Source: a bacterium (lineage in GTDB: Bacteria; Bacillota_I; Bacilli_A; RF39; UBA660). From it: a stretch of 34,878 bases of DNA. Below are positions 19,801-26,269 of this stretch, piece after piece. The first letter of the stretch is position 1; each line of letters starts with the position of its first letter. The notes beneath the pieces were generated by a model. It made no database searches. It had not been told where the DNA came from and saw nothing but the letters and a program-made list of their open reading frames with translations. Location of the stretch: contig JAQXMG010000059.1 in NCBI GenBank assembly GCA_029012525.1, forward strand, positions 1-34,878, given 5' to 3'. Both the position numbers and the translations under genes were made by a program.

Positions 19801-21314
19801 TAGTTACTTTGTTTTTCTATTCCTCTTCCTATTTTTACATTTTGATAGTTACCATAAAAATATCCAGTTGCTGTAGTACTAGATGATGGTGAATTATTTA
19901 AAGTATAATTTTGTCCTGATGATATTGTTATATATTCAATTCTTGTTGCATTATAGCATTTTACATATGTTCTTGAAATATTCCAAGTCGGATTATAATT
20001 TGTACCATTATCTATTCCTCTTAATGTAAATGGTTTATCATGGCTACCCCAAGAATCACTTCTACTTTGTGTCATAACTAAAATATTAGTATCTCTTGTT
20101 ACAAGATAATAATAATCATCATCTATATTTAGTTTATTTTCAATTCCATTTGCATCATAATAGTTTATAAGTTCATAAACACTACATGTACTATAATTAC
20201 AGTTACCACTTAATTTATTACCATCTTCATCATAATAGTCTGACATATCACTTTGATTTGTAATTTCTTTTAACCTGTAAAATCCTGACATATTAGAATT
20301 TTTATCAAATGAATTGTAGTATGTTTCGTTAACACTTGTAGGTTCTAAAGTGGATGGTATATCAACAATTTGCATTCTATTATTTTGCAATTCGTAGTAA
20401 TCTTTTTCCTCATCATAAATATCGCTTTCTACTTCTTCATAATAAGTACAACCGCCCCAAGTTCTACATCTACAGTTTCTGTTAGTAAGACTTCCATTTG
20501 CATTATACATGTTAGCACAACTGCTACCATTTGCTACTAAAACGCTATTATAATAATTGCCTACCAAATCATATCTATATTCAATTTCATAAGCTTTAAT
20601 TTCTTTCATTCCCGCATTATCTAAAGTATTTATTGCAGTACTCCATGCTGTTGAACCAAGTAACACTTTATTAGCACTTACATAACTGGCATTAAATGTA
20701 ATTGTTATATCATTTGGAAGTCCATTACTATTGTACGTCACAGGTATTTTTGCGTATCTTACATAATATGTATTATCAAAGCTTAGTTCAACGTTTTCAT
20801 AATTTGTTATCCATCCATTAAAAGCTAAATCGTTTGGAATATCTGCAAAAGGATTATCTATTAATTCCAATAAAACGTAATCATCAAGCTTTGATTCTGT
20901 TTCATTATCTAATACATTTAATATTTTGTAATATATATACTTACTTTGTCTTTCGTTTAATCCAACATAACTTTTTTCATTATATATTAAGTCTTGACTA
21001 TCATAAGTAATATTTAATCTAACTAAATTTTTATTACTATATATTTTTTTATCTTCAGTTGTAGGGAGCGTGCCATCATTATCTGTATAATTTAAACCAG
21101 TATAATAATACCAATCTCTCATATCATCATTAACATATACAGTATCTCCAGATACCCCACTATTTATACTATTGGGATTTGTTACATAATCTCCATATGT
21201 TTTAAAGAAAGTAGTAACTAGAATAATTAATAAAGAAAATACTGGAAGTGTAAAAATTATTTTAAGTTTAATATTTGGACTTAATTTTTTTATTTTTTTT
21301 ATTAACTTTTTCAT
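13896..21314 (-). CDS. giant exported surface protein (2472 aa): SipW-type signal anchor, Cys-containing N-terminal region, ~30-coil beta-helix-like repeat region, ~850-aa beta-rich C-terminal region
   Basis: Single uninterrupted ORF with SD AGGTAGGTGA. The N-terminus is KIIFTLPVFSLLIILVTTFFKTYGDYVTN. The central repeats are (V/I)(Y/F)GG(G/S/N)N. There is no LPXTG and no choline-binding or S-layer motif at the C-terminus. Confidence 0.9.
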   Translation of the reverse strand: MKKLIKKIKKLSPNIKLKIIFTLPVFSLLIILVTTFFKTYGDYVTNPNSINSGVSGDTVYVNDDMRDWYYYTGLNYTDNDGTLPTTEDKKIYSNKNLVRLNITYDSQDLIYNEKSYVGLNERQSKYIYYKILNVLDNETESKLDDYVLLELIDNPFADIPNDLAFNGWITNYENVELSFDNTYYVRYAKIPVTYNSNGLPNDITITFNASYVSANKVLLGSTAWSTAINTLDNAGMKEIKAYEIEYRYDLVGNYYNSVLVANGSSCANMYNANGSLTNRNCRCRTWGGCTYYEEVESDIYDEEKDYYELQNNRMQIVDIPSTLEPTSVNETYYNSFDKNSNMSGFYRLKEITNQSDMSDYYDEDGNKLSGNCNYSTCSVYELINYYDANGIENKLNIDDDYYYLVTRDTNILVMTQSRSDSWGSHDKPFTLRGIDNGTNYNPTWNISRTYVKCYNATRIEYITISSGQNYTLNNSPSSSTTATGYFYGNYQNVKIGRGIEKQSNYATFRSILGGNNTTSNVGSRTSLTKYRFIIESGYYQTMSITNTSNQNSSHQNIYIKAEAIYGNDYDRVTDNNNNLILYYCACGAWNDNYYSDSDEGILFSLTVKSGIYGQGKTDYTAGIYVGGRMGGTHYAARKIVVEGGSIYNLIGGPLTSSSRSNYNDTYIYMTGGEVSMITSGAGQTATYGNRIVQITGGKVLYSVFGGSNGYEASEGDGKLNGSSYIYIGGVAEIGDETLVNNQNKLYGAESGSVFGIGNGKQGSSTIGSNDNSYIIINDMCHIRGSVYGGGNYGATGVVSSQNSTTTIIKINGGQIDDSVYGGGNNNGAGNSTTKANVTITMTDGIINNSIYGGSNELGTVYGKTNVNILGGEVRGSVYGGGKGGYLNQNNIGTFVTEDVNVTIGTETSGPTINSVYGGSAYGSVNGTSQTTSVSSYNTKVVVNNGNITNVFGGGEGSSDIIPYVCGNVDVDINNGIITNVYGGNDTSGTPNGIVTVNLNDGVCTNIYGGGNKTGVLTTHVNLYGGTANNVYGGSNEAGANETNVKLDGSNITENLFGGSNKLGDVLETNVLIESGTANNVYGGNNLGGTTNVSNVILNNGDIETIYGGGNIATTTTTNVYINGSSVDTIYGGGNAADVLNETNIELNGDNPQIVFGGSNSSGNVRQSNINLQGSNVETIYGGNNLGGSLETSNINAITGTAATIYGGGKKAVTNETNVNIQGATITNVFGGGEEANITTKTNINLTSGNCGNIYGGSNTLGNVPLTDINITGGVVNTIYGGNNLGGIVTKSDIDVTDGTINTIYGGGNEAVATESDILIKDITNEIENVFGGGNKADVTTTQINVENSKINNLYGGSNSSGTVEQTNINVQSTSTIGTIYGGNNLGGNVNKTDLVITDSTIDTIYGGGNKAQVGETKLNITSSNISKDIFGGGNEAGVNRNTDVTVSNSNVYGSIYGGGNGQSAIVSGNSVLNVTGTTKVSNHIFGGGNAANTGTEENNNSVVTVNITGSEVGGNVYGGANTAKVYGITNLNIGYVTSSVENLEKGNIIIDGTVFGGGEANASGSTEYDFSFISVTTGINMNLNAEGHDKYEIKGSIFGSGNASSSGGYSYINISNYGTKENPMKNISIQRSDIVTISNSYIELNGATDRTNEYSNVLFSLSRIGHLKIKNNTNIYLVNGTNMLQKFSSLVDIDGEENLSQVVIDDNGNVTKNVDNRIYIWEGKNINIAENESVSAYGKVSGMTFFGLYNHDRNGNIETAMYDSQYNSLDSVSSNDIYYFSDGSYVLGLHETNHDITVNGFYTNYENEDNQGTIIQKYINPTPDDANYYMWVVGEVVASYEIDLIASKYSTLGAVELPLINFSTPNTVFTVVGFSYSELDQDVTLTDSNDIPRISDEADTKMSLVMESSNTGWMNYGKTTFYTDDANSNPYSGSTSYYSENSSTVPSLLFYLYHSKNLQTEKNMGSVTISLQVSTPISPIENKVERLNIVVHLQRALYQTNEYEGAISAGRKYDLFATTATNVTTTSSISTYYSLYAESERNLYKDGYHHVLVSSFSLPVNTRITMIDYADMENPEYYYYVVSQDDYDSSLEEYNNYSEVSYEFSKFIKMGSNSTTNNFNESEKQNIYYHEDIKKALEEFVFIIDFSESNITEDKLNETLLIELRDGNNQVLIGVLGIQQRVMGYSLYKDTNALIKVDAELDKDRMYVGHKNDITVTLSFTQTKLSSGIVVQDTNYYEKKLGLKISLKDQNGNKVNGYDLMGTFIIYNGISYSPRMDGSYRISVADKVSNVQSILTFDTTNSSLSSGLYTIVIESFGSGDGIYYGLTSSDTKEINLEIVNAIYGLNVTADETQITIDKTTGKNLNDSTSSVFNIKYASGLSNPNLRISLKRRNYDSIYSTNYDLVDLKDYISDNLSSTNNEYEYLVTDSIPASLNYYIHFKENLTTGTYKLYFSLYDGNNYIGDVYKYIFIK
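16500..19450 (-). repeat. in-frame coding tandem repeats (~75-nt units, ~300-nt four-unit super-repeat) inside the giant gene
   Basis: About 31 occurrences of [YF]GG[GSNA]x spaced ~25 aa apart. Units cycle as FGGG(N/E)xA / YGGSNxxG / YGGNNLGG / YGGGNxA between ~17000 and 17860. An identical 20-mer, ACCACCACCATAGATAGTAT, occurs at 17091-17110 and 17394-17413 (303-nt offset). Confidence 0.85.
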
Positions 21315-21343
21315 AGTTCACCTACCTTTTCTTATTTTTTTTA

Positions 21344-22354
21344 TTATGCCGGATTTGTTGATAATTTTAATGTTAATTTAGCATCTCCAACTGATGCTTC
21401 ATTTTCACAATCAACATCTTGTCCTTCTATCCAGATATATATTCTTATTTTACTTACCCCACTTGGTAAATCAAATATTTTTTCATAGCTATCTCTATTT
21501 GTTTTAGTTGCATAATCTATATCTACTTTTTTAAATTTTGTACTATTTTTTTCTTCCGTTGCTTCGCTTAATGAAATATTATCTTCTCTTGTTATTTCAT
21601 CCGTTACGCCATCATAATTTATTTTTGCTCCATTCTCTTTAGTAGTTACAATACCATATGTATTAAGAGCATTAAAAACTCCTCCATCAGTATGAGTATC
21701 ATAATTTGGTTCCCAAATATATGGCTTTGTTGCGTTTTTTAATGCTTGAGATATTAAATAGTTTGTTTCTTTAGGTACATTTCCTTCATTTAAAAAAGCA
21801 ATTCTAAAAGCATTTTCAATACCGACTGTTTTTTCACCATTAAAAGTAACTCCAGAATCTGTTGTCAGATATAAATTTTGAGGAGATGATGTTCTTAAAA
21901 ATATATCAAACACAATAAATTTACCACTGCTTAAAACACCATATCCAAATTCTTCAATGCTTCTTGTTGTTGTTAATAAAAAATTTCCATTTATATCATC
22001 ATTTGTTGCAATTCCATGATACAATTTTAAGAAACCATTTTCATCGATAAATCCTCCTGTTGATACAGGTTCTAAATAAAGAGGTATTTGATTTGTACTT
22101 GTTTGATAAGTTGTATCTTTAACTTCAATAAGTTCACTTGTTGTAATAGATGCTTTCCAGTTTAGTGCATCTGCTGATATATCTATTCCTCCAACTGTTG
22201 CAACCTTTATATCAAGAGAATCAATTGTAACCATTCTATTCGCAGAAAACCAAGCATATGATGATGCTGAAAAAAGTAATAATGTTCCAAGCATCAATAA
22301 TAATAGTAAAAATAATCTGTTTTTTTCCTTCTTTTCTTCTTTATATTCTTTCAT
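21344..22354 (-). CDS. exported protein with SipW-cognate signal peptide, large TasA-superfamily-like paralog B
   Basis: 336 aa. The N-terminus is KNRLFLLLLLMLGTLLLFSASSYAWFSANR. It is colinear with 8649-9755 throughout. SD AGAGGTAA lies 9 nt after the upstream stop. Confidence 0.8.
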   Translation of the reverse strand: MKEYKEEKKEKNRLFLLLLLMLGTLLLFSASSYAWFSANRMVTIDSLDIKVATVGGIDISADALNWKASITTSELIEVKDTTYQTSTNQIPLYLEPVSTGGFIDENGFLKLYHGIATNDDINGNFLLTTTRSIEEFGYGVLSSGKFIVFDIFLRTSSPQNLYLTTDSGVTFNGEKTVGIENAFRIAFLNEGNVPKETNYLISQALKNATKPYIWEPNYDTHTDGGVFNALNTYGIVTTKENGAKINYDGVTDEITREDNISLSEATEEKNSTKFKKVDIDYATKTNRDSYEKIFDLPSGVSKIRIYIWIEGQDVDCENEASVGDAKLTLKLSTNPA

Positions 22355-22363
22355 AATTACCTC

Positions 22364-23062
22364 TTAATCAACAAAATGTTCATCCCTTATTTTAATATGC
22401 AATTTTATTTCTCCACCTAAAATATCATCAAGGCAATCAGGATCATCACCTTCAAGCCATATAACAATCGTATACTTATCAACTTCATTTGGATTAAATA
22501 ATCTTCTTTGTCTAACAAATGCTTTATCTTTGCTATAAAAAGGAATTGTATTTTCTTCTGGTAGACCTGTTATATTATTTATTTTAGCATAAATTGTTTT
22601 TTCACCATTTTCATAAACCATTACCCTTAATGCTTCATCAACATTTTTTATAACATCATCTATATAAAGTTCAGTCCAATAATCTACTACATCTTCTCCC
22701 ACATTTTCAACATAGTAAGTATATGCTATATAATTGTTTCCATTATGACTGCCGTCTTTTTCATTATCAATATTACTTGGTATCCAATCAACTGATATAT
22801 TATCCAAAAAATCTATTTTACCTGCACTTAATTTAACTTGTGGTTCTTTATATCTTATATCTTCATATAATACTAAATTTTGTTTTAAAGTTGTATTCTT
22901 ATCCAAACTTATTGTAAAACGTCCTCCATTATATGTTACTTCTAATATAAAATAAAGAATAATTAGAAAAATTAGTAAAAATAACAAAATCCATTTAGCT
23001 TTTTGATAAAACTTTTTTCTCGTTTTAATTCTATTTGCTTTTACTAATACTTCTTTAGCCAT
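22364..23062 (-). CDS. membrane-anchored/exported protein, shorter relative of the large paralogs (~232 aa)
   Basis: The TM segment WILLFLLIFLIILYFILEV is followed by TYNGGRF. The C-terminal YTIVIWLEGDDPDCLDDILGGEIKLHIKI matches the W.EG.D.DC motif of 8649-9755 and 21344-22354. The likely start is ATG 23062 (MAKEVLV), behind TAGGAGAG. Confidence 0.7.
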   Translation of the reverse strand: MAKEVLVKANRIKTRKKFYQKAKWILLFLLIFLIILYFILEVTYNGGRFTISLDKNTTLKQNLVLYEDIRYKEPQVKLSAGKIDFLDNISVDWIPSNIDNEKDGSHNGNNYIAYTYYVENVGEDVVDYWTELYIDDVIKNVDEALRVMVYENGEKTIYAKINNITGLPEENTIPFYSKDKAFVRQRRLFNPNEVDKYTIVIWLEGDDPDCLDDILGGEIKLHIKIRDEHFVD

Positions 23063-23253
23063 ATATGCTCTCCTATCATTATATATTATAAATATAATAA
23101 TACCATAAAATATGACAAAAAACAACATTTATAAAAGTCTTTGTATTTACATATTTTTTGTAAATAAAATGTCATAAATTTACATAATAATTGTCTTATT
23201 GTTTACATTAATTGTATAATAATAATGTAAGAATATATAAGGAGGGATAAATA
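23063..23253. promoter_or_regulatory. divergent promoter region with four ATTTACA repeats
   Basis: Plus-strand promoter: TTGTCT (23191-23196), 18 nt, TATAAT (23215-23220), then SD AAGGAGGG and ATG 23254. Minus-strand candidate: TTGTTT, 17 nt, TGGTATTAT. ATTTACA occurs at 23145-23151, inverted at 23159-23165, at 23178-23184, and as GTTTACA at 23201-23207. Confidence 0.5.
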
Positions 23254-23847
23254 ATGATTAAAATTAAAAAATTTAGATTATTAATCGCATTTATTTCTCT
23301 TTTAATGTGTTTAACATTTATACAAGACACTTATGCCAAATATGTTAACAATGTAAATGGTGAAGCCAATCTTACAATTGCAAGATGGAAAATACTTGTT
23401 AATAATGAAGATATTACAACTGGTTCTTTAGCACAAGAAGTTATAACTCCAGTTTTTAGTGGTACTGATTATATAAAAAGTGATGTTATAGCTCCTACAT
23501 CAACTGGTTATTTTGATATTATTATAGATGCCAAAGATACTGATGTTTCATTTAACTATACTATAACTGTAAACACTTCTTCAGAAAGTAGTGTAACAGA
23601 TCTTGTTACAACAGGTTATTCTATAAATGATGGTGAAGTTATTAATTTTGAAAATTATAATGAAAATATAACGGGTACTATAGATTATAATACAATAGAT
23701 ATTACAACAATTAGAGTATATGTAATGTGGAATGATAGTGATTCTAATAATATGGATAATAATGCAGATACAATTGCTGCAACAACTGAAGAAAGTAAAG
23801 CTTTGTTAAATGTATCACTTTCATTTATTCAAAATAAAGGAGAATAA
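23254..23847 (+). CDS. small TasA/camelysin-superfamily-like exported protein (197 aa); the only plus-strand gene
   Basis: Strong SD. The signal peptide ends with QDTYAKYVNN. Then come IARWKILVNN and APTSTGYFDIIIDAKDTDVSFNYTITV, and the last strand is LLNVSLSFIQ. It is a paralog of 11041-11610. Confidence 0.8.
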   Translation: MIKIKKFRLLIAFISLLMCLTFIQDTYAKYVNNVNGEANLTIARWKILVNNEDITTGSLAQEVITPVFSGTDYIKSDVIAPTSTGYFDIIIDAKDTDVSFNYTITVNTSSESSVTDLVTTGYSINDGEVINFENYNENITGTIDYNTIDITTIRVYVMWNDSDSNNMDNNADTIAATTEESKALLNVSLSFIQNKGE

Positions 23848-23860
23848 TATGGTATAAAAA

Positions 23861-23893
23861 TAAAAATACGAAAATTGAAATTCGTATTTTTTT
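23861..23893. terminator. bidirectional Rho-independent terminator between convergent genes
   Basis: 10-bp stem AAAATACGAA (23863-23872) / TTCGTATTTT (23881-23890) with an 8-nt loop. T-runs follow on both strands. Confidence 0.6.
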
Positions 23894-23912
23894 ATTATCT
23901 TATTTTATTTTA

Positions 23913-24518
23913 TTATTCTTCAACTTGTACAGCAGTTATTTTAACAACTAAGCTTATACTTGGAACACTTGGATTACTTTTTTTAAAAAGATATGCTTTA
24001 TTACCCCAATATGTATCTTCATCATCATCACCACTTTCATAAGGCCATGTAACTGATAAAGAAAATTCTCCCGTTCCACCATGTGATTCCATTAATTGAT
24101 TATCCGTATTAAAAACAACTTTAAATGGATAGTCATTAGCTAATTTGTTTGATAATTCTTCACTTGTAAGAAGAGGTCCTGTTTGATATATATCTCCTAA
24201 AATAGAAGCACTAATTATTTCATATGAAAAATTTGCTCTTGTCTCACTATTATTTGTGGCAGTTATTTTTTGAAGATAGTCAGTCATACCAGGATATAAT
24301 TCTGTTATATCAAAATTTATTTCTTGTGAAAGCTCTGTACTTCCAACTGTAAATGATACATTCCAAGCTTTTACATGAGCTGTTATATTTGAATCAACCT
24401 TTGTTGTGTAAACAAACCACGCAAAAACATTTGTTGACAAAAGAAAGAATAAAAGTAGTATAGTTGATAATTTAGTTTTTTTGAATACTCTTTTTATTAT
24501 TTCTAATACATCTTTCAT
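23913..24518 (-). CDS. small TasA-superfamily-like exported protein (201 aa)
   Basis: The signal peptide ends with TNVFAWFVYTT. Then come VKAWNVSFTVG and LYPGMTDYLQKITATNNSE (compare TasA LKPGDKLTKDFQFENNGS, recalled). The last strand is LVVKITAVQ. The ATG overlaps the sipW copy-3 stop (TAATG). Confidence 0.75.
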   Translation of the reverse strand: MKDVLEIIKRVFKKTKLSTILLLFFLLSTNVFAWFVYTTKVDSNITAHVKAWNVSFTVGSTELSQEINFDITELYPGMTDYLQKITATNNSETRANFSYEIISASILGDIYQTGPLLTSEELSNKLANDYPFKVVFNTDNQLMESHGGTGEFSLSVTWPYESGDDDEDTYWGNKAYLFKKSNPSVPSISLVVKITAVQVEE

Positions 24519-25141
24519 TATAATTCTTCCTCTTCATCATCTTTCTTTTTATTATTTTCTTTTTCCATACGTTCTTCTTTTTTTTCTTCAATTATTTTTA
24601 TAATTTCTATAAACACTAGAACAACAATTGGCACAAATAAAAGAAAATAAAATCCATAGACATTATTGACAATTTTCGATATAAAACTTAATACATAAGT
24701 CTTATATATGATCTTTCCTATTATTTGATCTTCACTAATTACAGGATCTTCTGTTGGATTTGCTATGCCCTTTGTTACAAAAGAATATTTTCCATTTTTC
24801 ATTTCCTTTTTTATTACTTGATGGGCTACTATTTTTCCAGCAAAATCATCTTCTTTGCCATTATATACAACATCGTCATAAACTTCTATATCACTTGCTT
24901 TTACTTCTTTTGCTAATACCATATCTCCAACATTATATTTTGGCTCCATACTACCTGTTACTATAGTAAATAATCTATATCCTCCTAAAGAAAGATTATT
25001 ATTAGAAAATTTTTGAATCATTATTAAAGCCATTATTAGTACAATAAATATTGCTATAACTGCTTTTATAAAACCAATTGTAAATTTAACAATATCTTTT
25101 TCCATTATATCATTATATTTTATTTTTATTTTTTCTATCAT
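24518..25141 (-). CDS. sipW: SipW-type signal peptidase I, copy 3
   Basis: N-terminal TM, VTGSMEP (Ser), VAHQVI (His), TKGIANP (the Asp of GDxN is replaced by Ile), a C-terminal TM, and a charged tail ending DDEEEEL. The ATG overlaps the upstream stop (ATGA). Confidence 0.8.
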   Translation of the reverse strand: MIEKIKIKYNDIMEKDIVKFTIGFIKAVIAIFIVLIMALIMIQKFSNNNLSLGGYRLFTIVTGSMEPKYNVGDMVLAKEVKASDIEVYDDVVYNGKEDDFAGKIVAHQVIKKEMKNGKYSFVTKGIANPTEDPVISEDQIIGKIIYKTYVLSFISKIVNNVYGFYFLLFVPIVVLVFIEIIKIIEEKKEERMEKENNKKKDDEEEEL

Positions 25142-26247
25142 ATTAATTCTGCCTCACTTACTTTTTTTATGTATTCATTAAGATGTTTTTTAAATCTTCT
25201 TTGAATTTCCATATCATTTTCAATATTTTTATATTTTATTACTGCATATTGTTTACTTACAATATTTTTCAACTGTTCTTCACTTAAAGATTCATTAACA
25301 TCTAATACTTTTGATACCATATTAGCAATTAATTTTTCTGATACTTCTTCTTTGTTTATTTCTTCTTTTTTAGAATCTTTATTTAGTGATGACATTACTA
25401 AATAATTTAACATCATCGTTTCATCAATATATTTTTTCAAATCTCCATTATCATTGTAATCTTTTTTTTCTTTTACATTCGTACCATTTTCATCGATATT
25501 TTCTTGCATATAATTCCACAAATCAAGTGCATATTGGAAATTAACATTTTTTAAAATCATATTAGTCTTTTTTATAGGAGAAGTAACAAGTGCAATATGT
25601 AATTTATCAATGCTTTTGTAAACATCAGCCCTTGTTAAATCTGCTATTTTAACTTCTAGATTTGATATTCTATCTTCAATATTATTTCCCTTTAATTTGT
25701 CGTTTTTCTCTGATTTTAAATTTAATGATATGTTAACATTTTCTTTGCCAACTTTTGTTACACCATTATATGTTAAAAATTTATTATCTTTGCAAAATGA
25801 ATCTTGTATTCCTGATGATTTTTTTCTAGCAATATAAAATTGCATATTTTTTATTAAACTATAAATAAATCTATTTTCATATGTATTAAAACTTTCTTCT
25901 TTATTTATATTTAGTATTTTAGATGGTCTTACATCTCCAGTTTTTTTGTCATAATCTTGAATAAGGTTTGTATTACGCGATAAGTGTTTTATACTTTCAA
26001 CTGTTATTCTTCTTGCAAGTTCTATTTTCACAACATCTTCTTCATTTACTATAAATCTGTTGGGATTTCTTAATATATTATCAAGATATGGTATAGTTAA
26101 TTCCATTTTATCTATCCAACCAGTATCTGTTTCAACCTTATTGTAATCTAATTTTACATTTAAAGCAGAATCAATATTATTATTAAATGATTTAATTTCA
26201 TTTGTATTACTACTGTTATAAAACTCTAATACTTTTAAATCATCCAT
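25138..26247 (-). CDS. McrC-like (DUF2357-type N-terminal region) protein without a recognisable nuclease domain
   Basis: 369 aa. FNTYENRFIYSLIKNM resembles E. coli McrC NEDTLANRIIKSTLAIL, and KNVNFQYALDLWNYM resembles KNTRYYKFVISVCKFI (both recalled). The last ~130 aa are charged and helical and lack a D...(D/E)xK motif (compare McrC ILIVDAKYY). Strong SD AGGAGGTAG. Confidence 0.5.
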   Translation of the reverse strand: MDDLKVLEFYNSSNTNEIKSFNNNIDSALNVKLDYNKVETDTGWIDKMELTIPYLDNILRNPNRFIVNEEDVVKIELARRITVESIKHLSRNTNLIQDYDKKTGDVRPSKILNINKEESFNTYENRFIYSLIKNMQFYIARKKSSGIQDSFCKDNKFLTYNGVTKVGKENVNISLNLKSEKNDKLKGNNIEDRISNLEVKIADLTRADVYKSIDKLHIALVTSPIKKTNMILKNVNFQYALDLWNYMQENIDENGTNVKEKKDYNDNGDLKKYIDETMMLNYLVMSSLNKDSKKEEINKEEVSEKLIANMVSKVLDVNESLSEEQLKNIVSKQYAVIKYKNIENDMEIQRRFKKHLNEYIKKVSEAELI

Positions 26248-26269
26248 ATACTACCTCCTAACTGCTAAA

